Shown here in pieces: positions 21,167 through 32,015 of a stretch of 57,787 nucleotides of DNA. The notes under the pieces are model-generated. The model searched no databases. It was not told the DNA's origin and was given only the letters and a program-made list of their open reading frames with translations. Every line of letters starts with the position of its first letter. The stretch's first letter is position 1. The position numbers and the translations under genes were made by a program. Source of the DNA: Perkinsus olseni (taxonomy: Eukaryota); assembly GCA_013115125.1 (NCBI GenBank), contig JABANN010000172.1:1-57787 (forward strand). Reading direction: 5' to 3'.

Positions 21167-24090
21167 TCATGTGTCCCTGCCCCTCACTACCCTATCCCCC
21201 TCCTCATCCTCCTCCCCTTCCACTCCTCTAGCATTACCAGGGCTCTGTGGGGAGTCCACAGGTACCACATTATGCGTCCGCAATATAAAGGCAGGCAGTA
21301 TCCCCCCTCCACCTCCTGCAACCTTCGGTGATCCGCCACTAGGTGCTACAGCCTGAACACGACCAGCGCTGCCATCATCTACCGCCACCTTGGCTACCCC
21401 ACCTTGGCCGTCGGCGACTGGGCAGAGGCGGCTGAGCTGCTGCTGCTGCTCACCCAGACATTACCATAGTACCTATACCACAACTCTCACTACTCATCCC
21501 TCGCCTCCTCCCTACCCAACGCGATGGACTTTGGCTGCTGGCTCCGTCTGGGACGTCACCGGAGTCGGCCTCGGCGCCGCAGCCTGGTCTTGCGTATGCA
21601 TGCGATCCATTGTGCTCTTCAATCGCTCAATCATCACCATGTACTTCTGCAAGTTGAGAATAATTTCGTGGCGCGCGGTCACTGCCAGGATTACTACTAC
21701 CTTCTTCTGCTTCGGCGTGACCCCCTGCCCATTCATCTGTTCCATTATTGATTTGATATTATTAGTACACTGCTGCAGAAAGCGCTTCCTCTCCGCTTCC
21801 ACATGCCGGGCCTTCTCAACCTGCAAGGGACAAGACCATCACGTCAACTAGGTAATAATAAACAACAGAAGCAATCTACCACTACGACGCCTAGGGAAAG
21901 AGACGATAGAAGGCAAGGTCCAGTAATAGTACTATGATGTCCATCCAACGGTAAGAGGGAAGGATGCCGGGGTTTTGGGCGATCCTCAGGGGCAAGGAAG
22001 GAGCGGTGTTGATATTCATCATTCAGAGGCCGATATGTGTAGAAGATATGAGCTGGCCTTACCTGCGTTGGCTCTCCTGATGGGTTGTAGGTCAAGTTGC
22101 CAAAGCTGCTGGTGGTAGACTCACTCGACCTGACCACAATTCTGTCCACCTCCCCAGCCGCTATTTACTACATCTGCTGTGGCTGGGCACCGTTCCGAGG
22201 GGTCCTGGGGCCCTGACGACAAGACGAGATGGTATCATCAAGGCGGTGTTAGAAGACCTACATGATTCCGACGGGAGTACACTGGGACAATAGGGGGAGG
22301 GGCTGCTCCGGGAGGAGGTGGTGGAGGCGGAGGTGGTGGTGGCGGGGGTACAGCGGCATACTGTACTGGAGACTGTCGAGAGAAATTGACCCCGGACCAA
22401 CCTAAGATACTCAAAGATACTTCCCAAGCCACACTGCTTCCCTTTACCAGTTGGTGATGCACCCGGAGGGCACACCGGAGATGTACCAGCGGACATCGGC
22501 CGGAAGGGAGATGCCACCGAGGGTGGCGGAGCTGCTGCTGCTGCTGCTTGTGTTGAGGCGCGGGGCAGCAGGGTAACTCGCCGACTCCCAGCCGTCGCTG
22601 TTGGGGACCTGCGCACGCAAAGCCTGAGGTCTCGCTATAGGGAGAAGTGTATGACCGACAGGCAGGTCTATAGAGCGTTGCTTCCAACGTAACCGTGCTG
22701 CGGGAAAGGTCTGTGGTTCGAATATTGCGCGAGAGAAAGCCGCTCGGTAGGATTCGAACCCAAGACCTTCGGAAAGCTAGTACGCTATTGTTCCCAACGG
22801 ACACCCAAGGCTGACACACCACCCGCTCCCCGTTTTACATATCCGCCTTTGGAGAGGCATCCGTCCGAACAACCGCTGATCTAGGCGTCGTCGACTGCGG
22901 TGCTCGACCTGACCAAGTGGACTACCACTACATACCAACTTTTCCACAATTCACCTTCGGCCAATATGCCCTTCCGTAGCTCCAACAGATGGTCTACAAA
23001 CCTGAGGATTACGGACTTGACTCGAGTGGCAGCACTAAACTCCTATGACCTTTCCACTGCCTCCTCCCCTCCTATGATAGCGGTAAGATCTCCTAGCTCG
23101 GCAAGCATCGTCTCCTGAAGAGGCCGGCAGGTCCGATGCGACTCAGCAGCGAGGAAAGAACCGATTCACCTTGTTCGCGTACTTGCTAGCATCTTCCAGT
23201 AAAACCTAATAACAATAGCATCTACTACCGCGCGCCATAAAATTAGCCAGTTACCTGCCCAACTTCTGCTATGGTCGAGAGCCTCTCCTCTGAGTTCTCC
23301 TCTTCGGGCTCCGAAAACTCTTCAAAAACGAAGCTCTTAATACTAGTAATGATATCAGGTGGAAGGGACGGCGGTGCCCTGAAGGCAGCGGCACGGTCGA
23401 CGAGGCCAGAGAAAGATCGAAAGCAAATTCATAGCCAACCCACCCCTACTCGTCCACAGCCTCCTCCGCACCCTCCTCTTCCTGGACCTGCTGTGACTGG
23501 TCACATCAATGCCCTGCTGAAGAGTGGCCTTACGTGGTTGTCCTGATGGTCCTGGTGATGGGAGGGGCTGCCCTCAATGGTGACACTCCTCGGGCTGTGG
23601 TTACTGTCACTACCCCAACTATCCGAGCATTCTAGCGATACCAACCCTGCAGCAATACGGTCCAACATAACCCCAACCGATACCCCTACCAGTCTCGGAA
23701 GAGTCCTCTCGTGGTTTGTCCAACTCTGCTATCCGTCGACGCTCACCCCGATAACCATACCCTGGGGGAGTGCCCGCTCCTCCGACTGCTGCAGTGGACG
23801 ACGATCGGAGCTTCTTATTGCTGCTATGGGAAGGGGATGGCCTATTGTCCACAGACTCGGAGGACCTGATAGGAACACAGGAAAGGACTCTACCTGGAAG
23901 GCACCGGTATGAGGTTCTCCTACCCAGGCCGCTTTCGGCTGCTCCCTGGCGTGGCCACAGCACCAGAGGCAGCTCTGAGACGAACCACCCTATTAGAAGG
24001 GGTAGACTTGCTGCTGCTGCTGCTGCTGCCTCCTTGACGATTGGGCTGTAGAATACACCGGGAGATGCCGTCTACCGTCTCTCGACGCAT
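21167..24090 (-). CDS. large multi-exon hypothetical protein, low-complexity and coiled-coil segments
   Basis: Series of minus-strand exons (e.g. QVEKARHVEAERKRFLQQC..HEIILNLQKYMVMIERLKST; poly-Pro) separated by GT-AG gaps. Ends uncertain; could be more than one gene. Confidence 0.45.
22748..22769 (-). repeat. tRNA T-arm (B-box)-like 22-mer in putative intron ~22711-22822
   Basis: Minus strand AAGGTCTTGGGTTCGAATCCTA, 19/22 match to 46550-46571. Confidence 0.6.
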
Positions 24091-25085
24091 TGGGCATAAG
24101 CCTTCTATTAATACTACCGCCAGGACCCCTTCCTAGTAGTACACTAACCTCCTACTTAACATAACACAATTATCTTTGGATACTTCAATGATGGACGACC
24201 GAACATGCATGAATCGACGCTAGTGGCGAGCCTAGAAACCAGCCCAGATTACTGCCGGATGATGATGATCAGGCTCATGATGTATCGTCCACAACTCGGA
24301 TATGCTGAATACCTGCTACTAGTAAACATGAATACAGGCTAGTGAGCCCGCACAGCTGCGTGATAGAGGAAGGGTCTCCGTGGATGACCACGCCATGGTG
24401 TGCTGCATACCATATTCACTAACATCCTCTAACAGCTTCGACGACGGACATGAGGACAGAAGAAACCTTCTGGACGAAAGTTTCGATTTCCAACTTTAAT
24501 CACGAACTCTGAAAGATGCTCTCCCTGCCCGGACCCTCCTCACGGGTGACGATGAGGCCCCTCGGGCCAAGCCGTGTGTTGATTGCTATAATCAACACAT
24601 AAGGGCATGAGCGGATATGATGTACGAACGCAAGAAGATGACTACCGAACTTCTCACAAACAGCGCAAAATGACACAGAAACCAAATAATGCCGTCGCGA
24701 GGGGTCGGACCCTCGACCTCCGAGTTGAAAGCTTCAACCAAGCCTCAGAACGCTTTAGTAATAGGCGTTGCCAGAGCTGGGACCGAGCAATAATTCCATT
24801 TAAGACTCTCCTGATTGACTCTTCCGTACTGTACGTCAGTACGTCTCCGGCGGTCCGCATGGTACGCAAGGCGCAGCTAAAGTCGACCCGCGCTCGGCAC
24901 AAGAATCGATGCTGTGATTGTGACAAGTTGAGTGAAGTGACGCTGACTCCTTCAGGCTGTGTTTATTATTATTCATTTGTATTATTATGATCCCTCCACG
25001 AGGTTCAACATTCGCCAGCGGCGCCTCTAACGAAGGTTAGTCTCCCTCTCCGTCCGAGTTCCTCCCCATCCCCCTCCTCTCAGTG

Positions 25086-26664
25086 ATGATTGCCTCCTCG
25101 CCCGAGCGGGCAACTCTTGGCGTGTCACCATCCTCAATGCTGACCCCACCAACCCAGCAGGCCAACCCCAAGCGAATACGTCGAGGGACTATGCAGCTTG
25201 ACCACAGTCCTTTACCCGACCGTAGGCCAGTTCCACGCCACAGCAGCAGCACTCTGAGGGTCGGTGTTCAGGTATGTCCGTTTTCAATACCACACGCCCG
25301 GAAACCTTCGAGGACAACCTGACCGAGCTCCAGAAGCGGTTCCCGGAGATCCATCGAGGGGTAATAGGGCGGTCTATTCGACCGGTCACGGGCGGTGTCT
25401 CTGCAGATCGCGTCGTCTATCTTGGAGACCTGCGGCAACAGCGTGGCTGATGCATCCATCTCGCTGCGGCAACTGGCCAACGCTTCCTCTGGACCAGTCC
25501 AGGGTACTCGCGTGGGCAAGCGACGTTTGGACAGTGATGATGACGATGAAGACGATGGTAGTAGTGGATGGTTACAGTACCACTCCTTCCCCCAAACCTA
25601 ACCCTCAGGATGTCTTCCGTCCGACTTGGCCGTTGCCGGCTCCTCTTCTGCCTCTGGTAATGTAAACAGTACTAAGGGCGGGACCAAGCGAGGACACGAC
25701 ACGATGGTATCGGAGCATGCTGACCTCACTGGAGAGCAATGGGCTGAGAGGCTGGTAGTATTGGGAAAGGAGTGGTACTGTTAATTACGCTCGACCCTCA
25801 CTTCCAGTAGAGGAGTAGCCCGAGCATCGTAGAGAGGGGACGCCTGTTGACCTCTTCCGTCGTTGCCAACTCCATACGTTCTCTATTGGTGCAAGGATCA
25901 TCAACTTGAAATTTTTATCGATTTGCGTCACCGTGGTTCCATAATGAATGAAATTTAACAACTCACAATTCATAATAGCATTTCTACTGTATCGTCGTCT
26001 ATTGTCAGCCTAAGATTCCCTCAGGTCCTCCATTTGCAAGGCTCCCCGTCCCTGGCCATAGCCAAGCAGCGGGCTTGTGAGGTAGTACTCGGGTGGCCCC
26101 CAGCCAATAGGCAGACTGTCGTGTAAGGTATTGCAAGCGTACGAGCGTTGCGTGAGGGAGCGTGCGGCTGCGGACTCAGCGGGAACGAAGCAAGAAATAG
26201 AGGAGTTACAGAAGAAGTTGCATCGCCATAAGACTGCCAACAAAGGTACCTCTACCAGCGGTCCCCGTCCGACGACCACCGCGTCCCCTTCAGTTCTGTA
26301 TCGGGCCCTCCACATACTCAACTCGCGGACTAACCACTGCCAGGAGCAGGTAGGAATCTCTAATGTACTCAGAGTAGGGCTATTGGATCGTGGGCAGGCT
26401 GGTGGTGGTGGACTTGATGAGGGCTCAGCAGCTATGGTGGAGCTCCGCAAGAAGCTTGATGAAGCGGAGGCTGCCTTGCGGAGGGAGAAGCAAACCACTG
26501 ATGTTCTACGGTAGTGCCATTACGCTTTCGTCACAACTGCCGTTTATACAGTCGTGTAGAGTAACGCAACAAATGTTAGATACCATCTCCAGCAAGCGAC
26601 CAGCCTCAACTGCATGCCCCTGGGGGCTGCTGGCAACGGCTTCGGAGGTGGTGGGGTTTTCTAG
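25086..26664 (+). CDS. CUE-domain coiled-coil protein (resembles plant At5g32440-type 'ubiquitin system component Cue' family)
   Basis: LTELQKRFPEIHRG|..SILETCGNSVADASISLRQL (CUE). Then GEQWAERLV..AKQRAC..VLQAYERCV..ANK|VLYRALHILNSR..DVLR|YHLQQA..GGVF*, stop at 26662-26664. Confidence 0.65.
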
Positions 26665-27112
26665 TCGCCGGCGGCCCCTCAGACGTCCTCTCCTTTCAAC
26701 GTTTGTTATTACGAAATACATTGTGCCCTACCGACCTGTGCCCTACCGAGCGGAGGGACACAACGCTACCATTGACCATCTCATCATCGTCATCATCATC
26801 GCCGAGTATCTTCTATCACTGTACGATCCTATGCTCGACCTCCTTACTACTCTCGTCCCGAAATGCCTCGGGAAAGTCGTCAATGGTGGTATTACGATTG
26901 GTACTCGATTTAAGGAAGTGTTGAGTTGTGGATAGTTCCCCGAGGACAACCAAAAGGCGGCCAGAGGATCCTCACGGAAAGAGGCGAGAGAACCTATCGT
27001 TAGACCATTTCCCAGTGGATTAGCTATAGCAGGAAAATCGCGGAGGGTGGCCGTTGCGGCTAGGAAGAGGACGGAGAGCGCAACTTAGTTGTGAGTCGTT
27101 GTAGTTGTTGAG

Positions 27113-29146
27113 ATGCCTGCTGAGGAGGGGTACCATGAAGATGGTCGGAGTGCTGCGACGTCAGTGCCGGGCAATGCAGCGGCCATTGACCTCGATCTGG
27201 AGCGAACGTTCTCCCACCTATCATCAGCGGCAGCAGGCCGATGTGAAGCCAAGATACTGTTGAATCGATTTGTGGAGGAGCATCCTTCTGTCGGCTATAC
27301 CCAGGGGATGAACTATGGTAGTATTGGAATGCTCGGGAGTGGTCCAACATCTATTCGATATTCTCGTCGTATCTGGCTTGCAAGTCGCGCGATGACTTTG
27401 AGTGTTTGTGGTGGCGAACTTTGAGGAGGATGAGAAACCTATGGTCTCGAAATCGCGACTGTCTGACGATCGCTTATTCGGATGGAAACCTCCCTCAAAG
27501 ATCGTGCTGTACATGGCATCTTAGCCCGTTCCTTGGCCCAACGGGCCACGCCGGCAGCGGCGGTCTCGCCAATACTACAACTGTGATCATCGTCAGCCTT
27601 ACCAATATTCCTCTCACTTCAGTCGCTACCTGCCTGGTACTGCGGCATACCCGTGAGGGCCACTGTGCACAGGAAGTGGCATATCAACAGTTCGTAGCCA
27701 TCATGGGTCACCTCTCTGGGCTGTGGTAATGATGCTCCCTTCGGTACTAGAAAGGCCATGACGTCGTCGTGTGGCTAGGTCGGACGGCCTGCCCCTCCTG
27801 GAGCCTGCGATTGATTGCTACTCTAAGTGCTGCAAAAAGTACTTACCACGGTGAGCTGCTCCCGAGTCCCTCCCCAACTGATGACCCTCTACAGACTCTA
27901 TGCTCGGCTGGTCTATCTGCACGTGGAGCCGCTGGCTTACCTCCCCACTGGGTAAGGCTCGCTCCACACTACCCCACCAGTACTGTCCTTCAGATGGCTG
28001 TCGTTGTTTTCCAAGTGGCTTCCCATGGACTGCGTCCTACTGGTCCTAGACTTAGTAGCAGGTTAGTCGATCTCGGTGGTCGATGGTTGGAAGGTGTACC
28101 GAGCAGGCCATGGTCTCCACGCCCTCCTGGCCGTCACACTAGCGATCTTCCATCAGTATCAGGATATGATGGTGCAGATGAGAACGATGCATCAAGTACT
28201 CAACTTCATCAATCGAGGTTGGGAGGGTGTCTCAGCATGGCGTCTGTGTAGTCCTCGCTTCAACCTTAGATATGCAGCTTCAGCCCATCGAGGCCGACAA
28301 GCTCATCTCCTCGACCACGATGGTCTGGCTTCCTAGAGTCCAGAGAACAGTGGGCAGCGAAGTTGATGCCGCCGTGAGAGAAGCGTGCGTGCGCTCCGCA
28401 CGGAAGATATCATCATCGCCGCCAGACGACCAGCGTACGGCTACATGCAGACGATATACTCCGCATTCTATGACTATAAGGTACCGTCGAAGACCCCGAG
28501 CTCTCTGCCTCTGTCGGCTCATCGAGGCAGTCGGCCGGCTCCACAGGGCTGCCGGCAGGGGAGGGGGAGGGGGAGGAGCCTTCTCGACCCCCTCCCGCCT
28601 CGACGGGAGCACGGGCAGCAGACGGTGAGGTGAGTAGCTACGGCCACGTCCTAATCCATCAGCAATCCTCAACAAAGCCTGATCTCCGTGTGTTTCGCGA
28701 GATCCGATCCCCCACTGCCAATAGCAAGCCCCACACCCCGGATCTACTGAGCCCGATGGCGAACGGAACAGCCTGTTCTGATCGGTATGCCGGTTACCCC
28801 CGACACACGCCACTTCCCCAACTCTCTCAGGCATCGGACAGTCATCAATAAACAAGACACTGCAGACCATCGCACTACCGATGGAGGCAGCAGCTCTGCT
28901 AAGGTACCGACGGCTGTGGTTTGGGATGGGGATTGGCGTATCCCTCAGGAGATCGAGCGCCTCAAGGTCCAAGTTGCAGACCGAGACGTAGGACTGCTTC
29001 ACGGAGCGATCATAGGGATGCTCACTCCCGACTTTTCCCTTCAGGAGACGATACGGTCCTTGCGGGCAGAGATGAGGATCTTGAAGCAAGAGCGGAGGGA
29101 TGCCATCGAGGTGGATAGCGAGCTTTCTCTGCGTCGATCACTCTGA
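27113..29146 (+). CDS. TBC-domain Rab GTPase-activating protein, multi-exon
   Basis: IDLDLERTF (Arg finger) and VGYTQGMNY|VA (Gln finger), WLSLFSKWLPMDCVLLVLD, LAVTLAIF. C-terminal coiled coil. Confidence 0.8.
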
Positions 29147-29408
29147 TCCGCCTTAGCAGATGCAAATGAAATGCGTCCGTGCGAAGGACGAGCTCCAACG
29201 TCAGCTGCTCGGGGAGATCGCCGACCTCCGGTACCGCTTGAACGATGAAGACTCATGAGCCCGCTGGACCAGGAGCTATTGTTAACATCCGCCCGTTCCG
29301 ATTTGTACGATAATTCATCCTTCAGTTTATATGTTTTCGAAGTGAGGATGTTTTCCAACGCGCTAGAGGTGGGCTTAACTGTTGCGCTAGAGGTGTCAGA
29401 ATGGGTGC

Positions 29409-30566
29409 TTGTCTGTGTTGGATGGGAAAGTGCTTGATCAACCGTTGTCAGCTTTCCCTATGCCCCCTCGTAAGCCAAGACCTCCACCGCCTCCGCACCT
29501 GCTGTCCTGTGCTACACAGCCCCTTAAGTGGTCTGAGCTCCCTCCACTGGCCGAGAGCTCGCCGCTATGTTATCATGCCGTGGATGCATTTGCCGGCGAA
29601 TCCAAAGATTGCCCCTGTCGCATAATGAGAGAGGAAGATGCTCTTGACTTGATCCGTGGTGGAGATGTCTCTTCTGCGGCGATAGGGGTTGTTACGGTCT
29701 GCAGCCAGGAAGAGGTGCCGAACACTAAGGCCCGGTTAGAGTCCCTGGCTCGGGTTTGTGGTGCCGGGCTCACTACGCACGTAGAAGCTCTGATACTCAC
29801 TGATAGGCCCCTACCTCCATCGGCTGAGGCAGTTGAGGTTTGGGAGAGAAGAGTTGGTCCCTTGGGCGTATTGGAGCCCGAAGAAGCTCCACCAGAGCCA
29901 ACGATGCTGATGCTGTGCGGGCTGCCCTGCAGTGGCAAGTCTACCATGTCACAGCGCTATCTGGTTCCAGCGGGTTACGTCAGAGTCTGCCAGGACGTGC
30001 TGAAGTCGAAGGACAAAACGTTGAAGGAGGTGGAGCGGCTCTTGAAGGAGGGCGAGAACATCGTCATCGACCGGACCAATGCCGACAAGGCGCAGAGGGC
30101 GCCGTTTGTCGCCCTGGCCAAACGCTTCGGTGCTAGGGTTTGCGTTTGTGTGCTGGATACGGAAAGGGAGACCTGCCGAACACGGTTGAAGGGTCGTGAG
30201 GTACATGAGGGGAAGCAGTTAACTGCCTCCCAGAAGAACTCCCTCTTGATCGGCTTGGGCATGATGGCGAAGCGATGGGAAGCCCCGGGCCTTGAAGAGG
30301 GAATCGATGACATCCGAGTGGCTAGTACTATTGATGAAGTTGAACTACTCGGGAGCCACTACCAAGGGGCTCTCCGTTGTAAGCACACCGAAGAGAAGAC
30401 TAGTGATGAGCTTGGAAGCCCACAACCGAAGCGTCGGAAAATGTTGCAAAATTATCCGGGCAGGAGTTGCGTAAACATCAATTGGGTTTTGGGGGAATAT
30501 TTCCGGAGTTACACTTGCGCCAGGGAAAGACCCCTAATCTATTGCGAGGTATGCAAGGGGGTCTGA
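29409..30566 (+). CDS. P-loop polynucleotide-kinase-like protein (AAA_33 / PNKP kinase domain)
   Basis: LMLCGLPCSGKST Walker A, YVRVCQDVL, NIVIDRTN...QR, CRTRLKGREVH. Exact start and end may be altered by splicing. Confidence 0.8.
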   Translation: MSVLDGKVLDQPLSAFPMPPRKPRPPPPPHLLSCATQPLKWSELPPLAESSPLCYHAVDAFAGESKDCPCRIMREEDALDLIRGGDVSSAAIGVVTVCSQEEVPNTKARLESLARVCGAGLTTHVEALILTDRPLPPSAEAVEVWERRVGPLGVLEPEEAPPEPTMLMLCGLPCSGKSTMSQRYLVPAGYVRVCQDVLKSKDKTLKEVERLLKEGENIVIDRTNADKAQRAPFVALAKRFGARVCVCVLDTERETCRTRLKGREVHEGKQLTASQKNSLLIGLGMMAKRWEAPGLEEGIDDIRVASTIDEVELLGSHYQGALRCKHTEEKTSDELGSPQPKRRKMLQNYPGRSCVNINWVLGEYFRSYTCARERPLIYCEVCKGV

Positions 30567-30699
30567 GGGGCGGTGGAAGTTGAACTTTGTGGCAGTATGG
30601 CGACGCTCCCTAGGACCGTACCAGACTGAGCAACTCTGAGCACATCGGGGGTATCATACACATCCTCCATGAGAGCAAACACCTATCGTACGAAGCGAG

Positions 30700-31717
30700 T
30701 CATGCATCACTCGGGCCTGGGCTGAGTTGGTGGAGATGGAGTGTCAGGCTTGGACGGGGTAAAGTACCTTGCGTAGATATAGAAACCCTTGGATTCACCT
30801 GAAGGAAACACTGATGGTCGAAAGCAGCTTGCGCATCTTTCTCTCTCTTTAAGTGCTTCAGAACTTGCGGGATTTTTGAAGGCCCGAGTATCACAGCAGA
30901 CGGCGGCTCAGCCTCACCAACGCGCTCAAAGTCGAGCCTCCTGTACAGCCTTCGAGCAGCGCCGTTCTCTCTCTCAACTTTCAACCATAGAGCTGCTACA
31001 TGTGGCCAGCTTTCCGTGATCTGAAGCGGTCAATGTATCCATCGCCATGGGGGCGATTGGGGAAGAGGTCCTTACACTTTGAATTCCCTTCCTGAGTAAA
31101 TTGGTACCGAGACCTCCCTCCCGCCAGTCTTCGTCGACACTTATCCACTTTAGGTAGCCCAACTGGCGAGGTCTCTGCTTGACGCTGTAGCAACCCTGTT
31201 GGGCCTCCTTCTTCAAGCATAGACGCACACCTTCCGGCGGGGCCGATCTGATTTGCGTTTCCAGTTCAAAGTTACGCCGGTACCTTGGCACGGAAGTGTT
31301 GCCATCTCACATCTTATCTAACACGAGCTTCTCTTCCTCCTTCAATTCTTCTTTACGCGAAATTTTGCTGAGCATCCTTCCCACAACATGCTGAAGGAGA
31401 GAACACGAAATGAGTCTAAAACCCTGGCTGTTGAAAGGACACCGGCGGAGTAGGTATCATACTTTTGGACCGCCCTTCTCAATGGCTATTGCCACGAAAA
31501 CATGGTTGTATCGACCCTTCAAGCTCGGATGGGTCTCGGCTATTCGCCTCTTCTCGTCTGGCGACGCTTTTCTGTACCGGATTTTGATAGCGGCATCCGA
31601 AAGGTCTCGCCACCGGTGCTTCGCGCTGGACCTGGTTGCGGTTGAGAGGCTCCGGCCCAATCCCTCCCTCCCTAAGGCGATGACGATGATGGTGATGACA
31701 TTGAGAGCTAGCCCCAT
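30700..31717 (-). CDS. GNAT acetyltransferase with predicted signal peptide, multi-exon
   Basis: MGLALNVITIIVIALG signal-like start. WISVDEDWREGGLGTNLL (motif A), SWPHVAALWLKVERENGAARRLYRRLDF (motif B). 3' end approximate. Confidence 0.75.
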
Positions 31718-32015
31718 GGGCAGAAGAGGAACCCTGGTGTTGGACGGTAGAAAGCGCAAATTCACAAATGTTATGCGGAGACGGGACTGTGGGGCACGGA
31801 ATATCACTGAAATCTCTTTTCGAGCGGGCCAGAGGATTTGTCCAAGAGTTCAAGGAACGAGTCAAGGATAAGGAATCACCGAGCAGTGGAATTCCCTAGC
31901 CTGTTTGCATGGGCAGCTGACCTCAACGACCGGCTCGACTGCTTATGAATGCCCAACCTACACTTGTATAGAACGCAAGGCCTTCAGCGCTTGAAGCATC
32001 AGCCTCTCATGCTGT

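Noticed and set aside
24250-24990. Possible small gene between the large minus-strand gene and the CUE gene (likewise 16352-16809)
   Set aside because: Could not build a consistent exon chain or recognise any motif.
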